DNA of 59,078 nucleotides, the filler included, from Sphacelaria rigidula (lineage: Eukaryota), in the NCBI GenBank assembly GCA_964200075.2. It is 9 parts of 9 records of this genome, joined end to end, with 100 filler letters (N's around TTAATTAATTAA, not from the genome) between each part and the next. Parts side by side here need not be neighbours in the genome. Positions count along the whole stretch, not along the records: positions 19,729 to 26,203 come from CAXNAA020019860.1; positions 26,304 to 32,778 come from CAXNAA020019861.1; positions 32,879 to 39,353 come from CAXNAA020019862.1; 6 more parts are not named here. One strand, 5' to 3'. Under the pieces are notes generated by a model, which was not told the DNA's origin, searched no databases, and saw nothing but the letters and a program-made list of their open reading frames with translations. A program made the position numbers and the translations under genes. Below are positions 23,130 to 36,454 of this stretch, piece by piece. The first letter of the stretch is position 1. Each line of letters starts with the position of its first letter.

Positions 23130-25437
23130 ATCCTTTGGCGCTGGAGGCACCAGGATCCGCGTGGTGCAGGTGGGCTGGTGGTGTATAGTGCTGGCTGGAG
23201 CTTGACGTGTATGGATCCAGGGTCATCGATGAAGCGCAAGATGTATGTGTCGGCCGAAACCAGGTTAGCGGAGTGGGTCTGACCCAACCACCAGAGGTTG
23301 TCGCTGCCTTTGAACCAAAGGTAGCTACCCTTGGGCAGTATTCGCTGGTTTGCGAAGAACTTCGTCTTACAAGTCTTGGTGGGTACAAGTTCGTAACCAT
23401 CGGCGACGAGGCACAGTCCCTGATCGCGGTGAAGTTCGCGGGCTGCTGCGCCACGACGCATGTTGCGATATTTCTTGTTGTGAGCAAGATGCTGATGTTG
23501 GGATTGCGTCCAGTACAGGAGGATTGCATGACGGTGCAATTGTAGGTCGGATTCGCGTTCCCAAGACTCTCTCCGGAGACCGTGCTAGTATGTCTTCTGC
23601 ATGACAGCGATTTCGCCACCTCGATCACGGTTTATCTGGTGGCCGGAGATGGAGGACACAGTCAATCGAAGGGGCTGTTCCGTCACGTCGTCGGTTGTAA
23701 CGTGGTAGGGCGGGGGTTTGGTCGAGTAGCTGTTGAGAACATACTGTGTGAGTCCGACAGGCAAGTACTTGGGCATGTCGCTTGTATCATGCGGGTTCGT
23801 GCAGGGTTTGCATCTGTGCACGGAGACGCGGGGCTTGGTGTCCTTGCCCTTGAAGTTGCGAGGCAAGGCGAGATAGAGCAGTTTGTCACCAACGGGGTTA
23901 TCATCCGGTGATGATGGCGATGGTCTCACTATCAGGATCTGGGATGGTTCTGTCCAATTGAGGGACTGTTTTGTCTTCAAAATTGCTTCGTTGGCTGCCA
24001 TGCTGGTGCCTTGGCGGATGGTCGACAAACTGTTGTAGATTTAAAGCCAATCACCAACTTTACAGTTGGGGTGTTTGTGCATGAGGTTGTAGAGAGCAAT
24101 TTTAGATCTCTCTAGGCGCGAGGCGTTGATAGCGTGTTGTTCGCGCACGAGAGTAAACGCTTTGCGTTGTCGTGTATGCGCTAGCTCGTGGTAGGATATC
24201 TGATCCCGGTTTAATCTTTGGTGGCCACCGAACGTGTGTCGCTCAAGCGCGGTGATGGGCAGCCGAGGGTAACGTCCAAGATGGACTTCGTTCGGAGAAA
24301 GGCCTGTGGCGGCGTTCAACGAGTTGTTGTAGGACAACGTTATGTGCGAGAGATGTAGGTCCCAGTCATTTTGGCGGTTGTTGACAACCATAGAGAGCAT
24401 CTGAGCCATGGTGTGATGAACTCTTTCGGTACCACCGTTACCGTTCGGATGGTAGGCGTTCGTGGCAATTTTGCGGATGCCCAGGAGCGTGTAAAGCTCA
24501 TCAGAAAGATCTGAGCAAAATTGCTGACCATTGTCCGAAAGGAGTCGCTTTGGGCAACCGTAGTGCTTAATGTAGTCGTGGACCAATATGTCGGCCGTTC
24601 CGGCGGCAGTGAAATCTGCGGCGGTTACCGCGTACATGGACGCGTGGCGGCTGAAGCGGCCAGTGAAGAGTAAGATGTAGGTGTTGCCGCGACCTGTGGT
24701 CGGTAGAGGGCCAGAGTGGTCAAAGGACACAAGGTGGCCTGGCTCGTTGGGGAGTCCGATAGAGATGACGGGCCAGTGTACTGTCTGCCGTGAAGTCTTT
24801 CGGGATTGGCATTTGCAGCATAGCCGAATCCAGAAGCGGGTGGAAATTTCCATGCCAACCCACCAGTAGAAGCGTTCCAAGAGCGCTAGGGCGCGGGTAA
24901 CGCCAAGGTGACATGACAAGTCTGTGTGGCAGCCTTTCATGACCCAGGGGCGCAATAATAATGGGGCATATATGCGCGTTGGTTTGTCAACCTGAGGTTG
25001 ATTCAAAACTCCTCCAAATCCGTTTGTGCTGGCGTCAGTGTGGAGTTGGAAAAGGCGAGAGCCATCTTGTACTGCCTCCCAATCAGGAAAGCAGAGTACC
25101 GGCTTTTCGGTAAGCGTCTCGAGTAATTCGCGGGTGATATTCTCCACATCGACTGTGAAGGAAAACACGGATCCTTTCTTGAGTAGCTCAGTAAGGGGGC
25201 GAATCCGTTTTGAGAGATTCGGCAAAAACGTGCTGTAGTAGGATAGCCCGCCCAACAATAAGAGAAGTTGAGAAATGTTAGTTAGCATCGGCAAGTCAGT
25301 CATCGCCTTGATTTGGTTTGTATCCGGATGCAGGCCTGCTGGCGAAATGGAATGCCTCAGGAAATCCAAGTCAGTCGCACCCAGGCGAGCTTTGGATGGC
25401 GACAGTTTCAAATCGTATGTTCGTAGGCGAGAAAGGC
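23130..25437 (-). pseudogene. pol: Ty3/Gypsy (chromovirus-like) pol relic: RT C-terminus, truncated RNase H, integrase, chromodomain, extra C-terminal domain
   Basis: ORFs 24041-25411, 23585-24028 and 22556-23539 share one frame. Motifs: LKLSPSK (RT), LHTDAS (RH), H...HLG...C..C (IN zinc), SFD/SDNG/TER (DDE), LNWTEP (GPY/F-like) and V..ISGHQ...SWERESDL (chromodomain). Order is RT-RH-IN. Two in-frame stops. Confidence 0.92.
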
Positions 25438-25450
25438 CCGGGAAAATGGT

Positions 25451-25512
25451 CCGGGTTGACTAGCCCGGGGTTATTAGTAAGCGAGTCGGGTCGTATCGAG
25501 GTCATAATAACA
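25451..25512 (-). mobile_element. Truncated candidate 5' LTR
   Basis: 62-bp direct repeat of 21400-21461, starting TG on the minus strand and nearly abutting RT sequence. Confidence 0.6.
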
Positions 25513-26203
25513 TTTCTTCTAGTTGAAACTGCTCTTCAAAATATCCCTACAGCTCAGACCGTCCGATCCGTAATACAAGTTTTTTCTTGACTTTTGGAAC
25601 CCATTGACGATTTTTGTTTGCTTCAGCTCAAGACTTCTGGTATCATGTGTTGTCCCGTTTCTACGTACGGCAGTGTCCCACTAGAATTACCACAAATTGA
25701 ACTACCCGCAACCAAAACAAATCGAACTCAATGCGGTATGCACTCGGTGCATTTTTGTCCCCATCAACTCATCAACCACTACATACCATTAATCAGGCTA
25801 ACCCGAAAATCGACGCTGACGATTATGTTATTGCTGTCCCCTGCGGAGCTACCCACCTCTCCCCCTACTGTTACAGTCGTGCTACTCCGCACAACAACCT
25901 ATCCACTTTTTTCATCCTGGTTCCACCCTTTCTTGAGCGACGGGGCGGCGGATGGGAAATTCGATCGATCCTCTGCGAAGCGCGCTAGTTCTTGCCTACC
26001 TTTACCTGCTTGCCACACGCGACCATTTGGCTAACCCCCCAAGTGCCTCCGGAGGGATGCGCGGCCCTCCAGGGGGAAAACAAGCCTCCGGAGGCCTTCA
26101 ATCCCTCTGGAGGAAACCAAACTCTACCGACCCGGAGGGCCGCGCACCCCTCCGTAGGAATTTGGGGGTATGCGCGGCCCTCCAGAGGCAAAAACAACCC
26201 TCC

Positions 26204-26303
26204 NNNNNNNNNNNNNNNNNNNNNNNNNNNNNNNNNNNNNNNNNNNNTTAATTAATTAANNNNNNNNNNNNNNNNNNNNNNNNNNNNNNNNNNNNNNNNN
26301 NNN
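26204..26303. other. Artificial contig linker
   Basis: N44-TTAATTAATTAA-N44. Confidence 0.98.
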
Positions 26304-26625
26304 GATGAGATATTGCTCTGCCAGGTTAAATCCATTTCTGGGCTGGCCCAGCTCGTAGCCAATAATTGGAAGATAACTCCTAGCGTACTCTCACATATTT
26401 CGTGAGTCGTCGTGTTTTGGATGAGATAAAGGATTCATAACAGTTCTAACCTCAGAAAATATGCGTGCACCGCTACCGTAGCATCACTCTCCGTTACACG
26501 CCTTGCATTTTGATCTCGCGGATTGAGCCAGCACTCCTGCACCCCGTCAACTCACGTCAAACTCACTCGACTACTTTGTTTACTCACGTTCTCATGCTTC
26601 CCACGGTGGAAGGAAACAAGATATC

Positions 26626-27074
26626 AACACGTGATTTTCCAAAATGGGGAAGGATTTTTTATTGAGCATGAGAACCCGGAGAATTAAAATATTCGTTTCG
26701 ACACCAAATCTTCAAACTATAGTTCCACTCCTTCACCTACTGGTAGCTACTGACAACTACTACACGCCATACAGATTTGGATCCTGATTGATGGCCGACG
26801 TGTTGGGGGCCTAGGTGAAGGAACAATTTTGGGAAATTTAGATGATCCGATCAGATCGCCAAAATTCTCCAAAACTGGTTTTTCATCTAGGACCCCAACA
26901 TTTTGCTTATCGAAATCCCAATTTGTATAGCGTGTAGTAGCTGTCAATAGCTACCAGCGAGTGAAGAAATGGAACCATATGTCGAAGATTTGGTGTGGAT
27001 GTGCGAAAAATTGAATTTTCCGGGCTTCTCATCCTCAATAAATAATCCATCCCCAATTCGTAAAATCCCGAGTT
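26626..27074. mobile_element. Foldback MITE (family shared with 55830-56273)
   Basis: Palindromic over ~200 bp per arm and colinear with 55830-56273. Confidence 0.8.
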
Positions 27075-28734
27075 TATTTTGAAGACAAATCCCAACGCGT
27101 CGGGAATCGAACCCTCGTTCTCTCCAACCTGATCGGCACAGTGCACTACTTTGAGTCACGGCGCCGTTGAATCGCCACCACCCACACTTGGTCTTCGCAG
27201 CCGCAAGAGAGCTTGCTGTGTTGTCTACAATCAGTAAATAAGGATGGAGGATGTAGGTTTCGACGTGGATGGTTGCCGCAGCTCCCGACATGGAGCTCTA
27301 TAATGGATGAATCCCTACCTCGGAACAAGCCTATCTTGCGTATAGCTAAGCGGGGACTAATACTGTGTTGTAGGCTCAGAGTTACCATCATTTTTGTGCA
27401 TGAGCTGGAACTCTTTTATGCGCTTGCCGTGGGGTTGCGCAGGCAGTAGGCACAACGTGAGATCAAGACTAGTTTGTGTTTGTTTCGCATTTGCACCCCA
27501 AACGAGCAAGCGCCTGTGGTGTTGATGACACCCGTTTCGCCGTGAACCGGCTGGAAAACAACGTCGTCCGTTGCTCTGACCCCAAATGGTATACGTGCAG
27601 AAGCACGATTTTTGGACCAAAAAATGTCTTTTTTTCACCCCGAAATCGAGGCGAAAGTGCGCTTTTGCACATCCCCTGGGGGGGAACGGAAGGCTGAAAA
27701 TCCCCTGAAATAGGTTCAGGGAGGTCGGGAGGGATGAAGTCGTCCGTATGAAAGTTGTTTGTCATGAATTTAGGTCAGGGAAAGCACGGCTTTTGAATCG
27801 AACCTCGTTTTTTTTTTCAAACCCCATTTTCGAGAATCCACTGTTCATAGCTGTGCAAGAGATAGACCCGCGCAAGTGGACACTTTGCTACACCCTCGGA
27901 ACACCTTCTGAAGGTTAAGACCCTGTGGCGATCCTTCACGAGGTATAGAACCCTCTCAAGACCCTCGACAAGGTATAGAACCCCCTGTGGCGACTCTCTA
28001 CCCACCCTCTACAATGTGCCGCCTTCATGCACCCTGCGGCGAGAGCAACATGTCCACCTGTGGCCGTTCCAGCAACAGGGGCCCTAATTAAAGTTATTTT
28101 GTGGCCGGGGTTGTGCAGCTATCATCGAGTTTTTACCCACCGGTCGGTACCTGATTTCTGTCAGTCAGTGTACTAACTCTTCTATTTTTGAAGGCGTACT
28201 ACGTAAGGTCACCGTCCTACGAGGATGGGGATTGTAATGGTGTCACGGAGATGGGCTGCAGTGACACTGATGTGTATTCGTCGTTGGTTGAGGATCCCCC
28301 TTGATGGATTGTAAGGAGAGGGGTAGTCCCATGAACTACGCCTCCCCTTGGAGGATGGCATTACTCCGGAGCCGGAGGGGATCATGACCCGGAGTGACCG
28401 CTCGTTCATTTGCAAGGAACGTGCACCTAAGGATACGCCAAAAAATACCATACCCATTTGGTGGACATAGGGGTGTATTGGGTCAAGCTATTCTATGGTA
28501 TTTTCAGTACCCAACTCCAAAAATGTACCCTTTGCCCAATAGCGGACGTGCACAATATTGAAGAGTTCTCCTGTATTTCTCCACATGGCGAAGGAATACT
28601 CGATCGGAAGTGATGTCTTCTTTTTTTTTGCGTTCCCATAGAAGATTGTCCAACAAGGGGGAAGAAAACGAAAAGCGATGAAGGAAAGAAAGAAGACGAT
28701 AAAAAATGTATCGGGAAGCGAGGAAGGAAGACAG

Positions 28735-29055
28735 AAGGATCCCAGGACCGACCTTAGGAGGATCCCACGAACAAAAAAGGAACACACGTACGAGTAAGAT
28801 CAGGAAATATCGCAGGGGTTGCAAGAGAAGAACAAGGAAGGCAATCGCCACTGAAAACATTAGGCTCTCAGAAAAAAGAAACAAGAGGGGAGGACAGAAA
28901 GTCGGCGAGAAATATATGGAGTCAAAGGGAAGGGCGACGAAGGACACCAGGACAGACCTAAGAAGGATCCCACAAACAAAGGAAAACACAGAGAAGTGGG
29001 AATATCGCAGCGGTTGCAAGCGAAGAATAAAGAAGGCAATTGCAACTGAAAACAT
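28735..29055. repeat. Diverged direct duplication (~120-bp unit, ~200-bp offset)
   Basis: gaagga..ccaggac.gacct..gaaggatcccac...aatatcgcag.ggttgcaag.gaagaa.aa.gaaggcaat.gc.actgaaaacat occurs twice. Confidence 0.8.
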
Positions 29056-29380
29056 CATGCCCCCACGGGAGACAGGCTACTGTCCCACGAATACCGTATC
29101 GGTGCTTTAGTTGTACTGAACAGTCTGGGTTCATGACGAATCTCATGTGAAGTACACACCAGTTCATAGTCCATGGAGAAAATGAATCTCTAGTTGAGTA
29201 CCAGACATCTGGGAAGCAATGCTATAGCCATATGAGTCGAAATACTGCTCGTGTCCAGGACTCCGCATGACACATAAATACCGCAGAGCAGCGTGATCTG
29301 TTATGCATAAAAAAGGGGCAACCCGAACTCGAGATCCCCGGTATGTTTGACAGTGAAGCGATGTACTGTCAAATATTACT

Positions 29381-29516
29381 GGGAACCTTAACTTCGAGAT
29401 AACTACGGTCTAATACATCGGGAACCTCGACTTTGAGATAACTACGGTCTAATACACCAGAAACCTCGAGTTTGAGATAATTACGTTCAAATATACCGGG
29501 AATCTCGAGTTTGAGA
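29381..29516. repeat. 39-bp tandem repeat, ~3.5 copies
   Basis: Units gggaacctcgactttgagataactacggtctaatacacc start at 29381, 29420, 29459 and 29498. Confidence 0.9.
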
Positions 29517-30759
29517 ATTCCCGAATAGTGTCACTCTCCAGTTGGGGCCTGACATAATGGATAGCTGGTACTTCCGCGAAACATTCCGTCAGTGTCGCGG
29601 AGTAATCCCCTCCACTGATCGCACACCGCTTGTCCAAATACTACATTTTTCTCTCGACATGTTGAGCCCTTCGCCCCACAAATCCGCCCTGCCCATCCTT
29701 CGTGGCGTCTGTCGCATCGACGTCAAAGTCCATGGAAAAGTCAGTGATTCGTAGTGCTGAAGTCCATGCCAGGAGTCAATTGGTGAAGCTTTTGCACTTC
29801 TGCGAATGCTTTGTCCTGCTCTCGTCCGGAATGATTTCTCGAGGTTTGTTCCTGGCGTTTTTTTTTTTTTTTTTCCGAGTGAGGAGTACCAGAGGTTTGA
29901 TCACACTGTTGCCGAATTCGCCACGGAATTCCCGACACGAAAGAAAAAGCTCGTGCGGAAAATCAAGCCAAGTTGGTTCATGATCGTCGCGTTTCTGGCA
30001 GTTTTTGTTGATGCAGTGTGGCTCTCATGTGGCACAGTGTTTAAAGATCCAGAATGTTGATGCATTCGGCCCGACTAAGGGGATCTATGCGACTCAGCAT
30101 TTGACGTATCGACCATGCTTCATTGATCAGGTACTTGTTTGTTGTTGCCCTGTACTCTACTACGCAAACACACAAGGGCGGCCATCGCTTTGTGCCATAA
30201 AGAGATTCGCAGGTGATCTCCATAAGCACTCTCAGAAAATTCTCGAAAATATTTTCAAAACAGTTTCCTAAACTGTCCATTTCTGGGGACTTTTCGACCC
30301 AAAATATAATGTACGAATAATGTTTTTTTTTCACCAGCTAGCTGCAGAAAATATCTTTGTTTTGATACCAACTATAGCATCGTGAGCAACTTCGGTAGAA
30401 AGATACGATCTGTGCCCCAACTCGACCCTAACTTCCGAGAGAGGAAGTACGTACAATTTATTGATATCATCGAATATAAAACTCCGAAGCATTTTTTTCC
30501 ACACATGATGAGTAGGGATTCACTTTTGCAACAAGGCGAAGTCAAACCACGGAGGAGTAAAAAAAAATTGACCCGGTTTTTTCGGCTGTTTTTATTTTGC
30601 GTGTTTAGTACGCGTTTTACTTAAAATAAGTTTTTACGCCATAAAGTAGAAGAAAAAAGAGCAGTAATCATCGAAGCTCCCCCTGCGAAGCGAAATTTGT
30701 GTGAAGGCAGAAGAACTCTGAACAAGGGGCGAGTTTTTCGAAGTGGTTACAGTAACTGG

Positions 30760-30987
30760 AGACAAACATCGTTTTTTTCTCCTTTTTTTTTTCTTTTTTT
30801 TTCTTGTTTTCCCTCCTCTTCTTTTTCTTTCCTTAGTCTACTCTGTCTGTTCTACCTGTTTCCTTCTCTTTTCTTGAGCGAGTGTTTCGATTTTGCTCTA
30901 TCTCGGGCACGTCTATCATGTGACCACGGCTGGACCCCTGGGGGAGCAGTTCAAGTGAATGACAATTTCAACCAATCAAATCAATCA
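30760..30987 (+). mobile_element. 5'-truncated non-LTR 3' end with (TCAA/ATCA) tail
   Basis: T-rich tract, then tctcgggcacgtctatcatgtgaccacggctggacccctggggga...caatcaaatcaatca. Confidence 0.6.
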
Positions 30988-32024
30988 CGTAACGAACCCC
31001 CCCCGAAACACATGTTTCACATTAAATAACATCGACAATCTCGCCCTGCTGTTGGAGATCAAATGGGTGTTCATTTTTGATCAATCCCGTTTTCAAACGG
31101 CGAGGAAAGACTAATAACATGACATATGTGCCGCAGGGAAACCACTGCAGGTCAAGCAGCGTTCAAACAACAAGGGCCGACCCCCGCAAATTGTCTGTAG
31201 GAAAACAAACATTCGAGTGGCGGAAGTTGTGGTATGATTTTTGCCACTATACTATACCAACCTGCCCCTTACAATGCAAGGCCTGTTCCCCTTTGCCATC
31301 CACTCTGCCCGTAGATATTCGACTCAATCTTTGCCACAGGATGTCCAACCGCAGGGAATAATCGTGAGACATACCGCCCGAGATAGAGCCCAGCGTGAGA
31401 GACTCGACCCCAAGACAGTTTCATTTGTACAGGTCAGATATGAACTACCTGTGCTTGCTCATGCACAAGGCTGCCTCTTTGGATGCCCACACGGGTCAGG
31501 CGCCAACGTTGGTAATTTCTGCTAAATCGACCTTCTGCTATACCAGCTGTCGCGCACATGGGTTAGACCCCGTCCTGACCTCACCTCGCGCGCAGACAAC
31601 TGTCACGGGGTAGATAATTACAGTAGCAACACAGATGCTCTGGTTGTCGTTGTGACGGGACATGAGGATATGCCTTTCGCACATCAAACATCTTGCATGT
31701 CTGCCCGCACTCTCGCCATTTGCACGGCACGCTCTGGGCATGTTCACCTCGCTTTCTCTTCCGATGTTATCTAGCTTTCCGTTCGTCTTGGCTGCAGCGG
31801 TTTCACCTGGTGCACCATGTGATGAATATTTTCACCTTTCGTGACATGTCGCCCCATGTATCTCTCTCGATCTGACTTTCCTGCTTGTCATCCAGTACCG
31901 CTTCAGTTCTTGTTGACAGTCGGTTTGCCCCCGGTGCCACGTCTGCTCCAAGCCCTGCCGCTACCACCCCTGCTCCGCCAGCCGTCAGCGTGCCATTTAC
32001 AACCCCACCCTCCGGGGGGAACTA

Positions 32025-32778
32025 AACGAAGGTGACGTGAAATCCTCTGGTACATTGTTAGACAGTAGCGAGAGAACGATTGCTGTACGAGATTAGGAGG
32101 TTGGGTGGTTGCCACAGACGGCGAAACAGGGCGGGGATGATATACATATACAAGATTTCCGTGTAAGGTGTGGAAGAAACGTCGGCAGCACCCAAATGTT
32201 GGAGGCGTCTCTATTAGGAGTAGGGACGGTGCTCCGTCTCGAAAGGGATGCGTGGTCAATGGCCAAACGACTAAGGCAAGCAACAAATGAGTACGCTCCC
32301 CGTCCGCCCAGCTCCGGCGAGAACCCGACGAGCTCCGGTTCGGCTTTGTAGGGGCGGATCCCCGAAAGGGTTGGCGTCGGTTGGCAATGACGCTATAAAA
32401 CACTCCACTCACTGCGTAAGCGAGGCAACCAGTTTGCCGATTTGTTTTGCGCGCTTGTGTTTTTTTTTGCGGTAATCATAATGGTGGTTGAGCTAGATCA
32501 TGTTGTGTGGCGTGGGAGAACCTCCACTCCGCACAATGGGGATGATCGTACTACGTGGTGTTCGAATAGTGAGACACCCATGAGGCGTGTATAAGCCATT
32601 GCTGTCTCTGGAAGTGGCGATACCAGATAATAAAGCAGCTCATTGTTGGCTGGTATCCAACTGTAAGATAATCAGTAACCTTTGGGCCGAACAATCTTAG
32701 CAGGACGTAGGTCACCCTTCATGCGACTCGCCGAACACACCACGGCGCTTTGCGCTTGATGATTGAGTGCGAGCCTTG
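32025..32778 (+). repeat. Dispersed repeat, module A directly followed by module B (cut by contig end)
   Basis: 32025-32309 is colinear with 39512-39784; 32310-32778 is colinear with 36455-36925. Confidence 0.85.
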
Positions 32779-32878
32779 NNNNNNNNNNNNNNNNNNNNNN
32801 NNNNNNNNNNNNNNNNNNNNNNTTAATTAATTAANNNNNNNNNNNNNNNNNNNNNNNNNNNNNNNNNNNNNNNNNNNN
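32779..32878. other. Artificial contig linker
   Basis: N44-TTAATTAATTAA-N44. Confidence 0.98.
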
Positions 32879-34136
32879 CCAGAGAGAGAAGCAACGACAG
32901 AGAGGAAGCTCCTCGCCCGTGTCCTTTGTGTGTCCCCGCTCGGCGACTACCAAACTCTCGAGAGACTGGCATCATTGATCTTTCCAGCATGTGCCAAATT
33001 CTTCATGTGCCAGAGCATCGGCGTGCGGAGAGATTCCGTCGTCTCTTCTTGCCTGCCGCCAACGTGAAGATCGATTTCTCGCTGCCTCTCCTTTTGGACA
33101 GGACGTGCCTCTGTGCGCTGAAAAACATGTTGAAAAAATAGGGCAATGTTCCCGTCACCGCGACTACTGTTCTCTGCCACGCACATGCCAGCAAGGACGG
33201 TGCTACGGCAATAACAGATAGATTCAATTTGAACTTAGGGGGTGTTATTCATCGTTGATTTTCGCCGACCTCCCCCAACGGGGTGCCCGAGCAGAAGGGC
33301 ATGCCACACGCCAGTTGAGGGGGGTGTATGAATGATCAAACACTTGTAGAAACCTAATGATTTGACGTGCGGAGTGAAAAAATATACCTATGGTGGTGAC
33401 CTAACTGTTGCTAGCGTGGCGCGTAGGCGTCAGCCCATGCCACAACCTGCAGCACACGCTGAACAGCTCGGTACAGTAGTATGAGTAGGTTCCCATAAGT
33501 AATTATTATTCCGATGTCAGGAGGTCATGGGCTATTGCAAGTTGGGAGGATAGACGATAATGCTCTACGATCAACCGCATGTCGTTGCATTCCAGACTCA
33601 CGCCATCAACTGCCGACAGCAAGGGCCTTGTGGCTTTCACGCGACGCTGTCGGCAGTACGGCAGGCAAACCGGATCATTGCTACATTTCCTTCCTCTACC
33701 GCGCGTCCTCCCGTCTACTCAGAGGTGATCACGTTAACAACATCGAAGTCGCAACATCTGTGAAAGCGATAGAGTTTGATTTATTTTATCTGCATCCACA
33801 AAATTAAAAACGGTTCTGAAAACCTGAGGGAAGGTGGCCGCTTCGGGTCCAGTCAAACATCCGAAGAAACCATGGAACAGCAATACGAAACTTTTCCGGG
33901 ATCAGCATCAGGCAGGGCTTGAACAACGGAACAGAATTCGACAAGTTACCGTTCGTAGTAGAAAACAATGCGCGTGGAACACTTTGCAGCTCGGAAAACA
34001 CAGATGTTGATGGAAAGAAACTTCTCCAGGCCCCCATGTGTGTTGTATCCGCCTGTGAAAGTCTTCCCTCGTTCACCGATGCCTGTCTGGGGGACAGGGA
34101 AGCCGTCCTCCCTCGCGTACTTCATGTTCAATATAC

Positions 34137-34446
34137 CCGGCTACTGCAGTCAACCTACAACCTACGGACTTGTGAACATGCACATTGTACCCGGGCCATA
34201 AAGGTTAGTAGGTAAGAGGAATACTGAACACTGTTTATTGCATACCTGCAGGGGATGCTCCGACAGTGGGCAGCTTCAGAAAAAAAAAATGTGCACGCCT
34301 ACCGTGGAACGTCTCAGAATAAATATAGATATACGTGCTTATGTTCCATGTGCCGGCTGCTACAGTCAACCTTCGGACTTGTGAACATGCATTTTACCCG
34401 GGCCATACAATGTTAGCAAGTCAAGAATACTGAATAATGCTGTTTT
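34137..34446. repeat. Diverged ~95-bp direct duplication
   Basis: ccggct.ct.cagtcaacct...cggacttgtgaacatgca..tt.tacccgggccata.a..gttag...gaatactgaa occurs at ~34137 and ~34353. Confidence 0.75.
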
Positions 34447-36454
34447 CTTGTATACTTGATCCGGATCTTACGGGTGCGGGAAAGTGTTTCTTGTATACTA
34501 GATTCGGATTCCACGGGTGAGGGGTAGTTTCTGGTATACATGAGCTTCAAATCGCGCGGGTCGACGACAAGCTGCTACGTTTGCCTGAGCCAAGGTATGT
34601 AAATGACAACTATGTGATGTTGTACAGATAACACAAAAGTTGTGCAGATCTGTTGTTCTCGAAAGTGTGTGTGTGGAGCGGGTCCTACAGATCACCACCC
34701 GACAAACGTGCACGGGTGACAGCACACCGCGGACAGATCACGATCTATGCCCCCAAATGAGCTGACCCGAATCTGTCACGAGCTGATCTGTCCGACGTGT
34801 GATATGACTGAACCCCGCTTGAGTCGTCCTGGCATTCCGCAGACAAAACTACATCGGGTATCCCTTGGTTCTATATATGTATACTTCCTGTCTCATGAGT
34901 CTGCGCAGTTATGGGCGTTCAATCGTTTGGGCGTTCCAACGTTTCCGATCATCCTATACTTGGATTCGTTGGAAAGATGAAGCGCCAACGAAGCTGATGA
35001 AAAGAAAAGAAAAGGTTAGTTGTCTATACTAAAATGATGTCCAATTGTGCCCATTTTGGCCCATTTTTGGTCCACGTATACCCCATTATTGACCAATTTT
35101 GGACGTTTTTACGTCAAACACTAGCGAGTACAGGCTGAAAATATGTTTAATGGGGCGTGCGTAGGTTAACGTCACGGAGATATCCAAAATCAATTGTTCT
35201 TTTGCGATATTCACGTCTTTTTCACGTCTTTTTCACGTCTTTTCGCGATTTTTCGTGTTTCCGGATCCCCCATGCTTACTGGGAAAAAAAGAGAAGAATT
35301 GCCGTTTTTTGGCTGACCTACTTTTTCTCGACCGCGAGACTGCACGCGTTGAGCACCCACGTTGCAGAAAGAGTGTTGTTTCTAGCTAAAAAAACGCCAA
35401 CGAATGCAATAAAAAAATCGAAAATCAAATCGGACACCATTAAGGGCTCGTATAAACATAACTGCGCAGACTTATGAGACAGAGGAAGTACATGTATGCA
35501 TGGACAAGTAAGATAGTTCATCACGGCCGTCAAAGGCAGGCGTACGTATGTATGCATGTATGTATGACAAGTTCACACCGCGGTCCAGGCAATCAATGCA
35601 TTCATCTATCGGGAAAAGCCGTGTTCGCTCGCAGCCAGCAGTGATGCCAAATACGCAGACAACATATTCTCGACCTATGCGCTCCCGGCATTTGCACTGC
35701 GGGATTGTGCTGCGGGGACACCTAGAGCAAGTTTTGATGTTGCACTATTCAGACGTTACATCGCTTCAGCTGTACTGTACTGTACGTCTGTACTTCTGCT
35801 GTGCGGTACAGGCACAGTGCTCTCTAATCCGTCAGGGGCTGAATAAAACAGTACGAAATAGCCAATTCGTCGCCACCCTCCACTGCATTATTTACTTGGG
35901 AGTCTACAAAAGCCCCCCCCCCCAAAAAAAAAAAACAGCCGAAAGTTGTCACGAAGGAAATGGTCATACAGCGCCTGATGTTTGGTTTCAGGCTGCACGA
36001 AGCGCCTCACATGGGCGACAACGGCGGAAACGAACCCAAACGTGGGAATTCCCAGCTGCTCGTTGTACTCGGCTTTTTTCCTTTCGATTTAAGTGTAGAT
36101 GTTACCTCCCCAAACCAGTCACTTCTCTGCGGGAGGGCTATCGTAAAAAGTCCCGTGGTTTCTATATGTGTATAGTGTTTTACAACAACATGCAGCTTAG
36201 CTATCTTGGCAACACAAGAGGCGGCAGGCAGGTAGCAAGATGCTACACAAGAAGGTCAAAATGTGTACATACATGAATACTATTTGTGCACTTGAAAGGT
36301 GCAGCGATCGTTACCGATTTGTCCAAATATGGCTTGACTTCTAATACTACTGTAGTCGAAGATTTGTCGATCTTTTCACGGGAACAGATCGACGCAATTG
36401 ACCAATCAAAACTGTGGACACAATCAATTATTTCCTCCCTGCGCCGGACATGTA

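Noticed and set aside
31200..32000. Possible very decayed Ty1/Copia gag-protease relic on the minus strand (LDILWQRLSR resembles LWH.RLGH)
   Set aside because: Many stops and only faint motif similarity; it would need a TBLASTN/HMM search.
35548..36276. 242-aa ORF
   Set aside because: It runs through microsatellite, poly-C/poly-A and a dispersed repeat also seen at ~20235-20330, with no protein motifs.
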